A DNA stretch of 64,000 nucleotides from assembly GCF_006345805.1 (NCBI RefSeq), contig NC_043002.1:65162001-65226000 (forward strand), read 5' to 3'. Origin of the DNA: Octopus sinensis. Taxonomy: Eukaryota. A model generated the notes under the pieces. That model did no database searches, was not told where the DNA came from, and saw only the letters and a program-made list of their open reading frames with translations. Positions 12,545 through 27,385 of this stretch are shown piece by piece. A program made the position numbers and the translations under genes. How positions within the stretch are numbered: position 1 is the first letter of the stretch; the number at the start of each line of letters is the position of its first letter.

Positions 12545-12616
12545 GTGGACAGTTCATTAAATAAGTGGAGGAAAAGACATATGGAGTATTTTTTAATTAC
12601 AGATACTAGTGTAGGG

Positions 12617-12850
12617 CAGCAATCTGGCAGAATCGTTAGCACGGCGGGCGAAATGCGTAGCGGTATTTCGTCTGTCGTTACGTTCTGTGTTCAAATCCTG
12701 CTGAGGTCAACTTTGCCTTTCATCCTTTCGGGGTCGATTAAATAAATAGCAGTTACGCACTGGGATTGATCGATGTAATCGACTTAATCCCTTTGTCTGT
12801 CCTTGTTTGTCCCCTCTTAATTTAACCACTTATGTGCAATAAACAAATAA
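12617..12850 (+). mobile_element. SINE family A
   Basis: TGGCAGAATCGTTAGCACG...GTTCAAATCC...TTTGTCTGTCCTTGTTTGTCCCCTC. Confidence 0.85.
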
Positions 12851-13474
12851 TTATATATACCAGTGTATCCCATGGAAATTAACCCTAAAAGGTTGCTGTC
12901 CCAGAACAATATTGGCTAAGACGTGAATTCATATTCTTCAAAAGCACTGGTATTCCTAAACCAGGGCCTCACTAACGGATTTGTTCTCAATCATAAATAC
13001 ATATATAGAAATGCAAAAACTGAAGGATGGATATACAGATCGATAAGGAAAGCAATAGTTCCTTTGTCTACCTTTAATAAATGAATATATGACAGTGTAT
13101 TAAATTGTAGTATTTAGTTCTTCGTTCTAGTGTGTGGTTATTTTCTGTTCTAACACACAAAGAAATTCTAATACAAACATACATATATGTGTGTGCTTGT
13201 GTGTTCGTGTGTTTGTGTGTGCCCGCGTGTGTATGAGTGTCCGTGTTTGTGTGTAAATATATATATACACACAATGGGTAATAGAGAGTGAGAGAGAGAG
13301 AGAGAGAAAGTGAGAGAAGTGAGAGAGAATGTGAGTAAGAATAGTTTATGGTTGCTGAACAATATTTATAAAGTGCTTGTTTGAATCGTTTGAATTACTG
13401 ACTCATTTATTAATATATATTATATATATATACATATACGTATATATATATATACATATACGTATATATATTAT

Positions 13475-13553
<79 letters not shown>

Positions 13554-14349
13554 ATACACATATATATACTTGTGTGTAAATATACATATATATATATATA
13601 TATTATAATGTTGGGCAGACCCTAAGCGGTCTTCATTTATTGAAAATGCGTTGGCTGTTTATGAGCTTTAGCAAGAAAAATAAAATACGAATGGGTGGGA
13701 TATTTTTCATGTATTTTTTTCCCTTTTATAAATTTAGAAATAACTCTTTGTAATTCCCGATGTTCTATTGGAAAGAAACCCGGAAACCAACCTTGTTTAA
13801 CGGCAGGAGTTTCACCGCCCCCTTAATCTTATATATTCTCTGCGTAGCTCCAACATATCACTTCCCCTACGCCCAACCTCTGTTTACAAGCATGCCATTT
13901 TGATTGTATGCGTGTGTGTGTTTATGTGATGCTGTGTGTGTATGTGTGTATGTGTTTACGTGAGCGTGCGTATGTGTGCGTGTTTGTGTGCATCTGTGTA
14001 TGTGTGTGTGAGTGTGTATGTGTGTGTGTGCGTGTGTGAGAGAGAGAGAGAAAAAGTGAGTGTATTTCTCGTTTTCATTGTTCATTATGTACAGTATATG
14101 GTTCGATAAACACACGCATATACATACATGCATAAATCACGTACGCGTATATGGGTTTGTGGATGTGAGTGAACACGTAGGTGTGTGAATGTCTATTGGG
14201 GGCGAGTGTACGTGTGTAGATATGTGTATGTGTTTGTGTGTGCGTGTGTGTTTCTGTATACACATACACATACATATTTATATGAATGCATTTATGTATA
14301 ATATATATGTACATGTACATATGTGAATGTGTACGTGCGTATGTGTGTA

Positions 14350-14388
<39 letters not shown>

Positions 14389-15341
14389 TTATTATAGATA
14401 TATATATATATATATAATACATATATTATTACATAGCGAGGGAGAGAGAGAGAGAGAGAGAAGGAAGGGGAGAATAATGGAGTATATTCGCAGAACCATA
14501 CATATATAGATTTGTATTAACATATGGATATATTTTAACATTACCATATACAAAAAATGTACCGAATGAAACTTCTGTATATGAAAATACCAATATAAGC
14601 TAATATATATCATATTAAATTAACTAATACTTGATATATGCGTGTGTGTATATAAGCACGTATGTGGTTGTGCTTTGTGTGTGTATGTGAATGTGTTTGT
14701 GCATGTATGTATGTATGTATGTATGTATGTATGTATGTATGTATGTATGTATGTATGTATATAACAAATTTATTCATAGTCGTGCGCACACAAATACGAG
14801 GAAACTCACAGACATACACACACGCATGCACGCATACATGCATATAAATATATACACACACATACATGTGTATACATATATATATATAGACATACATATA
14901 TATATGTATGTATATATATGTATATATATATATATATATAGACACACATATATATATATATATAGCTATATACATATATGTGTACATACTTATACGTATA
15001 ACTGTACACCTGCACATCTATAACTGCTAATATTTATCATTATTATCCTTATTATTATTATTGTTATTATTGGTAGTATTGTTATTATTATTATTATTAT
15101 TATGATTATTATTATTATTATTAAACAATTCATAAATGGCGGCCTATATTAAAACCCTTTACATATATATGCGTGCTCGTATAAATATATATATATATAT
15201 GTTTGTGTGCGTGTGTTTCAAAAGTTAGGCTTATTGCTTTCTAGGTCTCTACTTCGTTTGCATGTGTGTGACTATGAGTGTGTACGTATGTGTGTGTATG
15301 TGTCCGTGTCCGTATGTGTGTGTATGTGTCCGTGTCCGTGT

Positions 15342-15387
<46 letters not shown>

Positions 15388-16211
15388 TGTGTGCCACCCT
15401 GAATTTCGTTGTGTGATTAATATCACTATAAATACTATCAGAGCTAATAATGTTAATAATAACATAATATTTTCCACTTCCCAAAAGGAAGCCATAACCC
15501 AGCAGGTGTCGGGCGTCTCACACCGGATTAGTAGACGAACACGAGAAACTTATATCTGATAGTCTTTAATATATTACTAGATAGGGGTTGGGTTAAAACC
15601 GCATTTTCCTTTTTAAATGCGTAGAATATTTTTGTGCGTTCCTATTTTAAATAGACGCGTATACCGTTCCACTTCTCTCTCTCTCTCTTTATCTCCATCT
15701 CTCTCCTTCTCTCTACCTCTCGCTCGTTCTCTGTCTAAATATGCCTTATGAGCATATGCCGAATAAGGAAAGAAGGAAATAAATAAACAAGGTATATTGA
15801 GAACTCTTTTGATTTGATTCATCTCGTCAAAGGAAAAGACGGACATGCATGACTGAATCAAGGCAATATTAAATATGACTACTATATTATTGATTGCGAG
15901 GCTGTGCATAAGTGTGTGCATGTATATATATGTATATATGCACACAAACTGATGCACATACAGAGATATGATTACACACGCATATCTGTATGTGTGCGGG
16001 TGTATGTGTGTATATTTGTGTTTGTAGATATATATACATAAGTATGCATACATATATATATAAATACATAATTATACATATATATATATATATATATTAT
16101 ATAATATATATATATATACATAATATATACATACATATACACTTTAATATACATGCATATGTATATATTATACACTTTATATATATATATGCATATGTAT
16201 ATATACACACA

Positions 16212-16242
<31 letters not shown>

Positions 16243-16357
16243 CATACATATATATATTATATATTCATATATATATATATATATATATATATGCACGCAC
16301 ACGCTCATACACACACACACTGACACACACGCACGTCTGTATATGCAGATATATAAT

Positions 16358-16389
<32 letters not shown>

Positions 16390-17252
16390 ATATATATATG
16401 TACCTACATATATTCTCAGAAACAAAAGTGACGCAACACGGATACCAACACGCTTACGTTACGTGAATGCGCGCTTACAAACACACGCACACACACACAA
16501 GTTTTATAGAAGCACACGTTTACATGGACGTAAGTACATATCTGCATGTGGGTGTATGGAAACAAAAGCGAGAGCAAAATGTAGACAGGGAGATCGAATC
16601 AGAAATCTCGTTTATTCAAAGATACACACAGATCTACACATAATATATATGTATATATATATATACACTTCCACGTAATACATGTATATTCTGAGATATA
16701 ACATACACACACCCACAGATACGTACACATATTTCGTTCCACTCCTCAGTGTTGTTTCGGAAGACATAGACATTTCTAAGTAGTCTATGGTTCATATTGT
16801 ACCTACTCGGAGTTTTATGCAATGATTATTGAAGACACAAGAATTAACTTCAAGAGCACCTGGAATATTGTATTACTAGAAAGTCAGCTTACGTCAGCAG
16901 CAGATTATATCAATATAGATCATGCTAAATAAGTGTATATTAATACGTATACCTAGTATCTATGAGTATATACGCGTGTGTGTGTGTGTTTGTGTGTGCG
17001 TATTTGCTTACAATTCTGAATGTATGTATATGTTGCCATTCATATTTGTGTGTCTGTATGCATACAATATATATAGGTACATACATATATACACATATAT
17101 ACATGTAAATAGAAGAATTGTGTATATGTTTATATGTAAAAATATATATTTATATATATAAATAAATATATAAATACTTGCATGAACGTACTTATATGTC
17201 TCTCTCTCTCCCTCTCTCTCTCTCTCCCCCTCTCTCTCTCTCTGTGTATCTC

Positions 17253-17319
<67 letters not shown>

Positions 17320-18159
17320 TCACATACATATATTGACGTGCATATAATATATACGTACACATGTTTTACATAGAATCACACCGTTTGAGACACAAAGTGA
17401 AAGAGCTGTACGTAAAGACGCGACTCCTCTCAGTCTCAGTTGATTCCATATCAATCGAAGTTCCTTAGAATCCAGGAATACACATATGAATAGAACGCAT
17501 AGATGAAAGAACATCATGCTGGAAAGCAATGTATGAAATCAATTCCAGTCATGCTGTATCGTGTATACAACCGCGTATTCACACACACTCACACAGAGTC
17601 GGATCCATTCAAGTCTTCATGTATTTAGATTTTCTGACAACAGTATCAATCATACCATGTGCTAATATTTTCGTGACGAATGAAAAATTACAGCAGATTA
17701 AATTCCCCTACTGGGATCGAACCCAAAATGCACTCTTCGGATGTATATGAATATAACAAATTTTTCTTCATGTGAGAGCACAGTGCCGCATGAGGCGATA
17801 CATATTCTGGTAGATCAAATTTTGTAGATCATGGTAAGGAAATGATACAAGACAATGAATGGTAGTAGTCGTTCATATTCCACGAAGGATTTTGTGCAAT
17901 GTCTTGCGGAGCAGCCAGCGCAAGCGATTTGCTTATAGTGATCAATTATATCTGCTCTACATCGGCTCAGTCTCTCTCCATCAAATCGATGTTTGAACAG
18001 GTGCACAGTATACCACATGTCACATGTTAAAGTGATTGCAGAGTATTTAAGCATACAACGCACAACACGGTCCAGGAATTTAAGCCCCGATCTCATGAGA
18101 CAACATAACTACTAGGTCATTAAATATATATATATATATATATATGTACATATATATAT

Positions 18160-18332
18160 AGGGAGAGTTTACGAAAAAAAACAAAAGACGAAAATAGGTG
18201 GTGTACACAACAAACAGATGTATTAGTATAACGCTCAGGAATAGAAAAAGTCTTTTACGTTTCGAGCCTACACTCTTCTACAGAAATAGACACTGAAAAA
18301 AACAAGGAGAGAGAAAAAATGTGTGTAGTGGC

Positions 18333-18333
<1 letters not shown>
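18160..18333 (-). mobile_element. Short non-coding element with hammerhead-like motif (18250-18291, core CTGTAGA)
   Basis: Minus strand: GTCTATTT-CTGTAGA-A-GAGT-GTAG-GCTC-GAAAC-GTA-AAAGAC; homologous to 33950-34145 and a stub at ~57238-57278. Confidence 0.65.
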
Positions 18334-18414
<81 letters not shown>

Positions 18415-18448
18415 TGTCCTGTGTACCTATGTGTGTGTGCGTGTGTGT

Positions 18449-18502
<54 letters not shown>

Positions 18503-18972
18503 CTATGTATGTATACATGTATATATGAATGCATTTTAGTACTCATGTATTTATTAATTCTTACGATGTTAAGTTTGACATTGACTTCTAGTCTTCTGCT
18601 TATCACTTCTTTAGCAAAATTTGATAAAGATGTACTTATAACAAAACGTATTCAATGATTTTTCAATTTAATGTTGAATTGCTTTTAAATATAAATCCGC
18701 GTTAAAGACAACCTTTACTATAAATGTAATATATAGGTATATAAATATATATACATATACAGTTATATGCATACATACACATATATACACACATATAGTA
18801 ATATTCATATTCATTATATGCGTCTAATGTTAATCTTTATGTATATATATGACTAATATATGTTTGCTTGTGTGTGTATTTATATTTATATACACACATA
18901 CATGCATATATATATATATAATATTATATATACACACACACACATATACATATATATATATATATACAATAT

Positions 18973-19015
<43 letters not shown>

Positions 19016-19180
19016 CATGATGCATACACGTGAATGTTTGAAAGCACACACATAAACAAAACTAATTTAGAAATGTAGCTTTAGTAAATAGTAAAGAGCA
19101 GCGTAGAAAATTACGTAAATGTTTAATATACACCACTCATACCTATCCATCATGATGATGACGATGACGCTGATGATGAA

Positions 19181-19212
<32 letters not shown>

Positions 19213-19296
19213 TGACGAGGTGTTGATAATGACGGATATATTACGACTAATGCTGTTACCACAATTGATACTACAACTATTCTTACTACAAAGGAT

Positions 19297-19414
<118 letters not shown>

Positions 19415-20530
19415 GCAACAGTAGCAACAACAGCAACAACATTGTGGCAGCGGTCTGTATGACTACAATAGATTAATGTTATACCAATACATTGATATTG
19501 TAAATACGGCGCCAGTCCCCCGCTGTTTTTGGCTTGGCTCAACCAGTAAAACGGTCTCCAAATATAACTGACCGTATAGCATTACCTCAATTATGAAAGA
19601 TTTTGTTAACATCGATTGGGAAGGGGTGGTAGCAAGAACAAAATAAAATAAACTAGATAAATATATCAAAGATATTAAAGGAGTGGGGGAGAACACAGCA
19701 AAGTAAAAACGGAAACATTTTCAATGTGTTTTTTTTTATCGTTTTCGCTTTGTATTATTTTTTTTTCTGTAGTTGTTATCGTTGCTTCGTTATTTTCCTC
19801 TTATTTTTGTTACTGCCTTTTGTTTTGCAATAGTTTTCATCGTATTTATTGAACTTTTTGCTCGGGTAATGAAATGTCAGTATTGTCGCATTATGTAAAA
19901 CAATATTTCAGTACGTATGTCGGTGTTTTACCTGCAATATACATTCCAAGCGTATGAAATATTGGCAGCCTCCAAAAACATTGCGTCTCGGTTAAGGGAG
20001 AAATTATCGCTACGTGATACAACAAGATGAAATAAATATGAATAACTTTTATTAATATAATAAAACCACGAACTTCTCCATAGATGAGCAGGGCTACCTA
20101 ATACGCCGTTTATTTAGTTGTATGTTTGTCATTTAGGTTTAATACAAGCTCATAAACTGAACTAATAAAATAGAATTATTCATCACCATTATTTCTACGA
20201 CAAGGTTTGTTTAGGGGCGGAATCAATTAGTATATTTGCTGGGTTCAAATCCGACCAAATCATCTTGAATTTTATTCGTTCCCATGACAGGCATGTGTGT
20301 GTTGCAAAGAAATTCGCTTTGCAACCACGCAGCTTGGGGTACAGTGAGCAGTGGTATATATATAACGATCTGAATTCTTAACTGGGGCAGAATACGCTAA
20401 GTTATGTTTATTAGAATCCACACAATGTCTGATATATGTGTACATGTGATTCTATATATTGTATATCTATATACGTATATGCATATAGATATATACATAT
20501 ATATGTGTATGTATGTATATATATATACAC

Positions 20531-20564
<34 letters not shown>

Positions 20565-20613
20565 ATATGCATTTATGTATGAATGTATGTATGTATGTAT
20601 ATATGTATGTGAA

Positions 20614-20951
20614 GGCACGTGGCTCAGTGGTTAGAGCGTCGAGTTTACGATCGTGAGGTTGTGAGCTCGAATCCCGGACCGGGCTGCGTGTTGTGTTCTT
20701 GAGCAAGACGCTTTATTTCACGTTGCTCCAGTTCACTCAGCTGTAGAAATGAGTTGCGACGTCACAGGTGCCAAGCTGTATCGGCCCTTACCTTTCCCTT
20801 GGATAACACTGGTGACGTGGAGAGGGGAGGCCGATATGCATGGGCGACTGCTGGTCTTCCATAAAAAAATCTTGCCCAGACTTGTGCCTCAGAGGGTAAC
20901 TCTCTAGTTGCAAGCCCATGGTCAGTGTCTGACCGAAAGGGGTCACAATAA
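20614..20951 (+). mobile_element. tRNA-derived SINE family C
   Basis: A box TGGCTCAGTGG 20620-20630, B-box-like GCTCGAATCCC 20665-20675, central GTGTTCTTGAGCAAGAC domain; flanked by (ATGT)n. Confidence 0.8.
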
Positions 20952-21510
20952 TGTATGTTTGTATGTATGTATGCATGTATTACAGACAAGAAAGTGAGTT
21001 TTGAACACAATACAACTGCCAAAAGCAGTCAAGAAAGATTGGGTATTTACAGTTCAAAAGTTCCAAGAGTCCAAAAAGCTTTTGAGCGTGAATTGTATTT
21101 GATTTTAGTGGATAAAGTGCTATACAGCACTGAGCTTATTTTTCAGCACAATCAGCCATAACGCCAGGAGCACAATAAATTTTGTATGAGTTTACGTTCG
21201 CCTAAAAGGAAGTTTCACTCATTGATCCTTCACTCATTGTAGGTCACATGGTAAATAACGCACTGCAGAAACCTCAGCAGGTCCCACTACTTACTGCATT
21301 AAGGTATTCTGTTATTTGCCGGTGGTGATACTGTATTTCAGAGTTGCAAATATTTTTCTGACACCAGTAGTTGTCGATAAGTGAGGTTCTTAATTTTATC
21401 TATCTACTGTGCAAAGTAAAAGCAAACTTTTTCAGTCATTTACATCTTACTTGTATTTATGTGTGTGTTTGTGTTGGTCCGTGTGTGTGTATTTGTGAGG
21501 GGTGCGCGCT

Positions 21511-21541
<31 letters not shown>

Positions 21542-22229
21542 CTGTGTGTGTGTGTCTCTGTGTGTGTCTGAGTCTGTGTATCAGTGTTGTGTTTGTCTGT
21601 GTGTGTGTCTGTAATCCTTCTGAGTATTTATTTGAAAGGGGTTTTATGTAGACTTGAGGAGCTGCTATATTTTTTTCCAGTCCTATACACCGTAGTCCTG
21701 CATTGACCAATGGCGCGCGTATATGTCTTGCCAAGCAGTTCGGGATATTCCGTTTGATGTAAGTTGAACATATGAGAAAAATTTATATATTGATGTGTAT
21801 CCTTTTCTTATCAATAGAATATGTTTTGTGATCTCCGTATCGTCTACTTTTCATAGAATTTCTAAGAATTGTAGTTCTTTTTTATTAGTTTCTGTTGTGA
21901 GTTTAATGGATGTATGGATTGATGAATGGATTGTGTTTTTCCTTTGTACCAACACTTATGAGGTAATCCAATAAAATGTTCAGAATTGGAGAGATATTTA
22001 ATAAAAATATAATCCTAAAAAACCAAATACGATATCATAAAGAATCAATAATTAGACGATAAGACAAATTTTAACAGCTTTAGACCGCCCATATCCGCCC
22101 TATAAAGGAAAGGACGCGAAAAAGCAAAACTTAAGCATTTCTTTAATAGTTTCTGCATTTTCTCTATTTTTGGCTACGCAGTTAGGAAGTTCGCTTTCCA
22201 GCCAACTGTTTCTGATGTTGTTCTAGGAG

Positions 22230-22790
22230 ACTTCTTTCTTGAAACTGCCCAATAATTGCTTGCATCAAGAGGGATATCATCTACTGCACTAATAAATTAG
22301 AATAGAGCATCGAAACATTTCAAATCTGCCGCATGAAGAATATTTGGTACTTCCAGCGTATCTAGCTTTAGGTGTTATAGTTACATTGACTTTGGCCCTG
22401 ACCAGCCGGTAGTCAGTCAAGCACTCTGCCCTTCTCATTATGTACAAACTACATACAACCTTTACATCACATTGTTTCACTAAAATATAATCAATGAGAT
22501 ACTAATACTTAGACCTTGTCTTCTTTTCGTTTTTCTACTGAAAGAATGTTTCTGCATCAAAACGTTTATGTCCATTGCAAATTGTATGGAATGAATCACC
22601 ATTTCGATGTTTTTCTCGGCAAGTTTACCGTGCGCAGGCCATGGTACGAAATTGTATCAAATACTCAATTTGAAGTCATCCACAATTATTTGGTCATCAG
22701 AAGCTGGCACTTTTCTCACTAGTTCCTCCAACTTCGTTACAGAATTCTTCTGTGTGTGATATTGTGGTAGCTTAAGCATTTATTATTGTA
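22230..22790 (-). pseudogene. RTE-clade LINE apurinic endonuclease remnant
   Basis: LEELVRKVPASDDQIIVDDF (GDFN motif) and YLIDYILVKQCDVK...MRRAECLTDYRLVRAKV (IDYI and SDH motifs) typical of RTE/BovB-like APE domains. Confidence 0.75.
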
Positions 22791-22921
22791 AGGCATCTCC
22801 GTTTTTTTTTCAGATGCATAATATGCGATCTCACACTGACACACAGGCATACACACACACACACACACACACGCAAACACACACATACACACGCACACAC
22901 ATATATATATGCGTGTGTGAG

Positions 22922-22969
<48 letters not shown>

Positions 22970-22998
22970 TATGTGTGCACGTATTTATATATGTATGT

Positions 22999-23665
22999 AG
23001 AATTCAATCATATCAAAGGGAAATGGAATTTAATTAAAGTTAAAAACATTCAATCAAAAATTACATTTCCAGTGGTCCAACGCGTAAAAATATTTTAGTC
23101 AAAAAGACTATATATTAGTCATACAATATAGTGTATATTTAAATACATAGAGAATCCACTTATAGAGATTCTACACGCTAAAAAGAACAGCTAAGTTCTA
23201 TAACCACCAAAAATCGGGGATAAGATTCGACAGAAATAAATTTGGAAATTAAAAGCATTTACCGTCTAGATTCCCGGACGAATTGGTTTCTAATCTTCTT
23301 TTAGCGAGTCATGGAGAGCTCACAAGGTCTGATTTTTGTCAGCAGGAACCAACCTATCTACACGAGACAAAATAGGTTACCTGTCTCGTATACATACGAC
23401 CTAACTTTTCAAATTTTCTGCACAGACGCAGTCCATCCGTTGACTACAATAAACCGCCAACTTTTAACCGAAAATTATCCAAAAATTCGCAGAATTCAAT
23501 CATATCAAAGGGAAATGGAATTTAATTAAAGTTAAAAACATTCAATCAAAATTTACATTTCCAGTAGTCCAACGCGTAAAAACATTTTAGTCAAAAAGAC
23601 TATATATTAGTCATACGATATAGTGTATACTTAAATACATAGAGAATCCACTTATATGGATTCTA
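22999..23665 (-). mobile_element. Non-coding element with ~175-bp direct repeats (period 492 bp) and an internal hammerhead motif
   Basis: 22999-23173 matches 23491-23665. Minus-strand motif at 23269-23350: GGTTCCTG-CTGACAA-AAATC...GATTA-GAAAC-CAATTC-GTC-CGGGAATC. Confidence 0.65.
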
Positions 23666-23695
23666 AGTGTATGTATGTATGTATATATACATATA

Positions 23696-23758
<63 letters not shown>

Positions 23759-24442
23759 TAGGTTTCGATGTTTCACCAAAAAGGAGAATTATAATTGTCG
23801 CTAAATGTGACTGGGGTGTTAAAAACACCAACTTTGCTAGAAATAAGAGCTAAAATGATCTAATACTGTAGTTAATGTACATAAATAAAGAATATACATT
23901 TAAAAGGACCACAATGGTCCGAAAAATGCCGACGATTAATTTGGATGACGAAAATATATATACTAATTGAGAAACAGGTCTGAAAAAAGCCGAACACTGA
24001 TCTGGCTTAACTGATAATCGTCCCTGTAAGTGTATGTGTTCTTATTCATGTGCGTTAACTAAACCTTTAGCGCATTTTAGTTCTTATTTCTAGCAATCTA
24101 GGTGTCTTTTAACATCCTGGTGTAATTCTTATATATTTATATATATATATATATATTTAATAATTCTAATAATAAAATTTTAATTTTAATTTTAATAAAT
24201 ATATATAATTTCAATATATATATAATGGTACGAGCATGAGGAGCAAGTTTTTCCCTGACCAAATCGCGTGTCTTCGAGAAGCGACATCTAAACCCAAAAT
24301 AAAACAACGTGATCACCTCTTAAACAGGGGTAAAGATTGTCTATTCATCTCAAGAGAACAACAAAATTACACATTTAAATACTTAATCAACATTCCACAA
24401 AACCATTATTGCATCATTTCCTCAAGAAATGTCTAAGAAATC

Positions 24443-24572
24443 TACTCACAAGTCTGTGGCCAGCCCGAGGCTACAGTAGAAGACACTGGCCCAAGGTGCC
24501 ATCCAGTGGGACTGAACCAAGAACTATGTGGTCCAGAAACAAGCTTCTTATCACACAGTTATACCTGCGCCT
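24443..24572 (-). mobile_element. SINE family B, 5' part
   Basis: GTAGAAGACACTGGCCCAAGGTGCC...GGGACTGAACC. Confidence 0.8.
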
Positions 24573-24717
24573 ATATGATAATGTAAAAATTATCAAATTT
24601 TAAACTTTTGTAAGATTTAAAAATTATTTCTGGAATGAGTAAACCTCAACATCAAATTCATCGTGAAAATGCAAGTCAATATATCAAGTTTGAAAAATTT
24701 CACTTAAATTAAAATCC

Positions 24718-24773
<56 letters not shown>

Positions 24774-25731
24774 TATATTTCACATTCTGTGTCACACACG
24801 CACACACACTTTCTCTCTCTTTTAGGTTATCTCTTTCATTTCTTGATGTATTTAAAAAAAGAGAAAGATAGATAAGGAGAGAGATGGTGTGTCTCTGTGT
24901 GGAGGAACGAGAGAAAAACATGTGTGTGTATATATGTGCGTGTGTGCGTGTGTGTATGTGTGTGTTTCAGTGTGTATAATATCCGGATGGATAGAGTAGT
25001 AGCTCTCAATTTTGTTGTATGTTATGGCTAACCTCATTAATTAGTACTTAACGTCTATGCCTACAAAGAGTTGTCAATCACACAGTAAATCCTTGTATGG
25101 ATAATTCCGTGTTCGCTTAACTAGATGTTAATATTATATGGAATGTATATTTGCAATACATATAAACATAGAGAATATGGAGACTGGTACATCCCCAAAA
25201 TTTATTTCCTTTCATTTTACAAAGCATACAGGATGTTTTTATGGTTATGACAACCTACAGGTGTTTCTACTACATAGATTATGAGGAGTTGTACATGCAA
25301 CCGAGCAAATATGTTCTGTGCAGTTTCGTTGAAGGTCTTTCGAGGGGTAGTTAATAAGCTTACTTCCAAGCATAGTTCTTTCAGTAGAAACATATGTAGG
25401 TCGTCGTAACCATAAAAATATGCTGTATTCTGAGGATGTACCCATCGCCAATTTCTCTATCGTTATAATTATGGATTATGTATATAATATATACATATAA
25501 AATTAAATAACAATGGTAGAAATTGATATTAATTAAATAAAACCAGTGGCTTAGTATATTTAAAAAACCCGAAGATCAAAAATTGTATTACATACATTCC
25601 TCTTAATTTTGTATGTATGTATATATATGTATATCTTTCCTTTCCGAGCGTCCAATAACACTATACTTGTTCCACGTCCTCGTGTTGTTCTTTCTCTTTG
25701 TGTTTTCATGTTTGGATTAACTTTATATATG

Positions 25732-25762
<31 letters not shown>

Positions 25763-25900
25763 ATGTGTGTGTGTATGTGTGTATGTGTGTGTGTGTGTGT
25801 GTGTGTGTATAAATTTATATAAATAAGGATAATATCGTTGTTTAAATACCTATCTTATCATCGGAATAAAAAAAAAATCCAAAGGTAATAATTATTATTA

Positions 25901-26175
25901 AATTATAATTTGGGGTATCTAAGAGCACCAGGCTGGAAATAGCAGCCAAAACCTGACTCTAAAACAACATTAAAAGTTCGAACAGCACGAGGAGAGAAGA
26001 CAAAGAGACATAACAAACTAGCAAAAAAAAATCATATAGTAATTTTTTTGCTAGTTTATTTTGTCTCTTTGTCTCCTCTCCTGTTGCTGTATAAACTTTT
26101 AGTGTGGTTTTAGAGTCAATTTTTGGCTGCTATTTCCAGCGTAGAGTTATCTCTTAGATACCCTGAATTATAATT
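25901..26175. repeat. ~275-bp imperfect fold-back element
   Basis: Two ~130-bp arms are reverse complements around a ~9-nt loop near 26032-26040. Confidence 0.88.
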
Positions 26176-26197
26176 TTAATTTTATATATATATATAT

Positions 26198-26560
26198 TTC
26201 ATTTGTTTCAGTCATTTGACTGAGGCCATGCTGGAGCACCGCCTTTAGTCGAGCAAATCGACCCCAGGACTTATTCTTTGTAAGCCTAGCTATTTGTAAG
26301 CCTTGTTACGGGGACGTAAACACACCAGCATCGGTTGTCAAGCGATGTTGGGGAAACAAACACAGACACACAAATACGCACACACATATATACATATACA
26401 TATATTCAACGGGCTTCTTTTCAGTTTCCGTCTACCAAATCCACTCACAAGGCTTTGGCTGCCTCGAGGCTATAGTAGAAGACACTTGACCAAGGTGCCA
26501 CGCAGTGGGCCTGAACCCGGAAATATATGGTTGTTATGCAAGCTACTTACCACACAGCCA
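26198..26560 (-). mobile_element. SINE family B (tRNA head, CORE-like GGCACCTTGGGCAAGTG domain, internal microsatellite)
   Basis: Matches copies at 29693-30122, 39420-39805, 56928-57560 (-) and 42155-42575, 43703-44140, 60893-61402 (+). Confidence 0.88.
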
Positions 26561-26791
26561 CTCGGATATTTAGCAGAAGCATGAGAGTGGTTCAAGGGCT
26601 GATAGTTTCGTGAGGTGATGCTTATATTTCGGCACTTGAGTGAACGTGTTATTTCTACCAAATATTAATAGAGATATAGATAGATATACTCATATTTTAA
26701 GTTCTATTGTTCCTGTTTGCATCAGCATACCTATATATAGATAGATGGACAGACATACATAAAGATAGATAGATAGATAGATAGATAGATC

Positions 26792-26849
<58 letters not shown>

Positions 26850-26850
26850 C

Positions 26851-26913
<63 letters not shown>

Positions 26914-27268
26914 CTTTTCCCATTACGATCAGGACCGGGTAGTAATATTATGCTGTTAGACATTTATTAAACTTCTTCTCTTGTTCATATTTTTCTTCTC
27001 CCTGCCTTCTATATTACTTTCTTCTAACCCACTTATTTTATTCCCCATTCTTCTAATTCTTCCAGTTCTTTTTTTTTCTCTCGTCTTTCTCTTCTTTTTC
27101 TCTATCTCTTCTCTAATTCCACCTGTCATTTTCACTTAATTTTCCATCTGTGATTCACATCGTTTCATCTGTCTGACATTTGCTGTCTCATATTTCATTC
27201 CAATATCTTCATTACAATATTTTGTCTTGTTTTGTTTTTGTCACAATTTTCTAAATTATTCATTCTCA

Positions 27269-27385
<117 letters not shown>

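Noticed and set aside
17815-18096. 93-aa minus-strand ORF
   Set aside because: No recognisable motif or exon boundaries; cannot be supported without a search.
20614-20685. tRNA gene (also heads at 36870-36945, 57640-57710, 60893-60965)
   Set aside because: A and B boxes are present but each runs into a SINE body and lacks a clean cloverleaf.
25925-26140. Similarity of the GCTAGAAATAGC consensus and GTTTTAGAG to the Cas9 sgRNA scaffold
   Set aside because: Short, non-adjacent, imperfect matches inside a fold-back repeat; the rest of the scaffold is absent.
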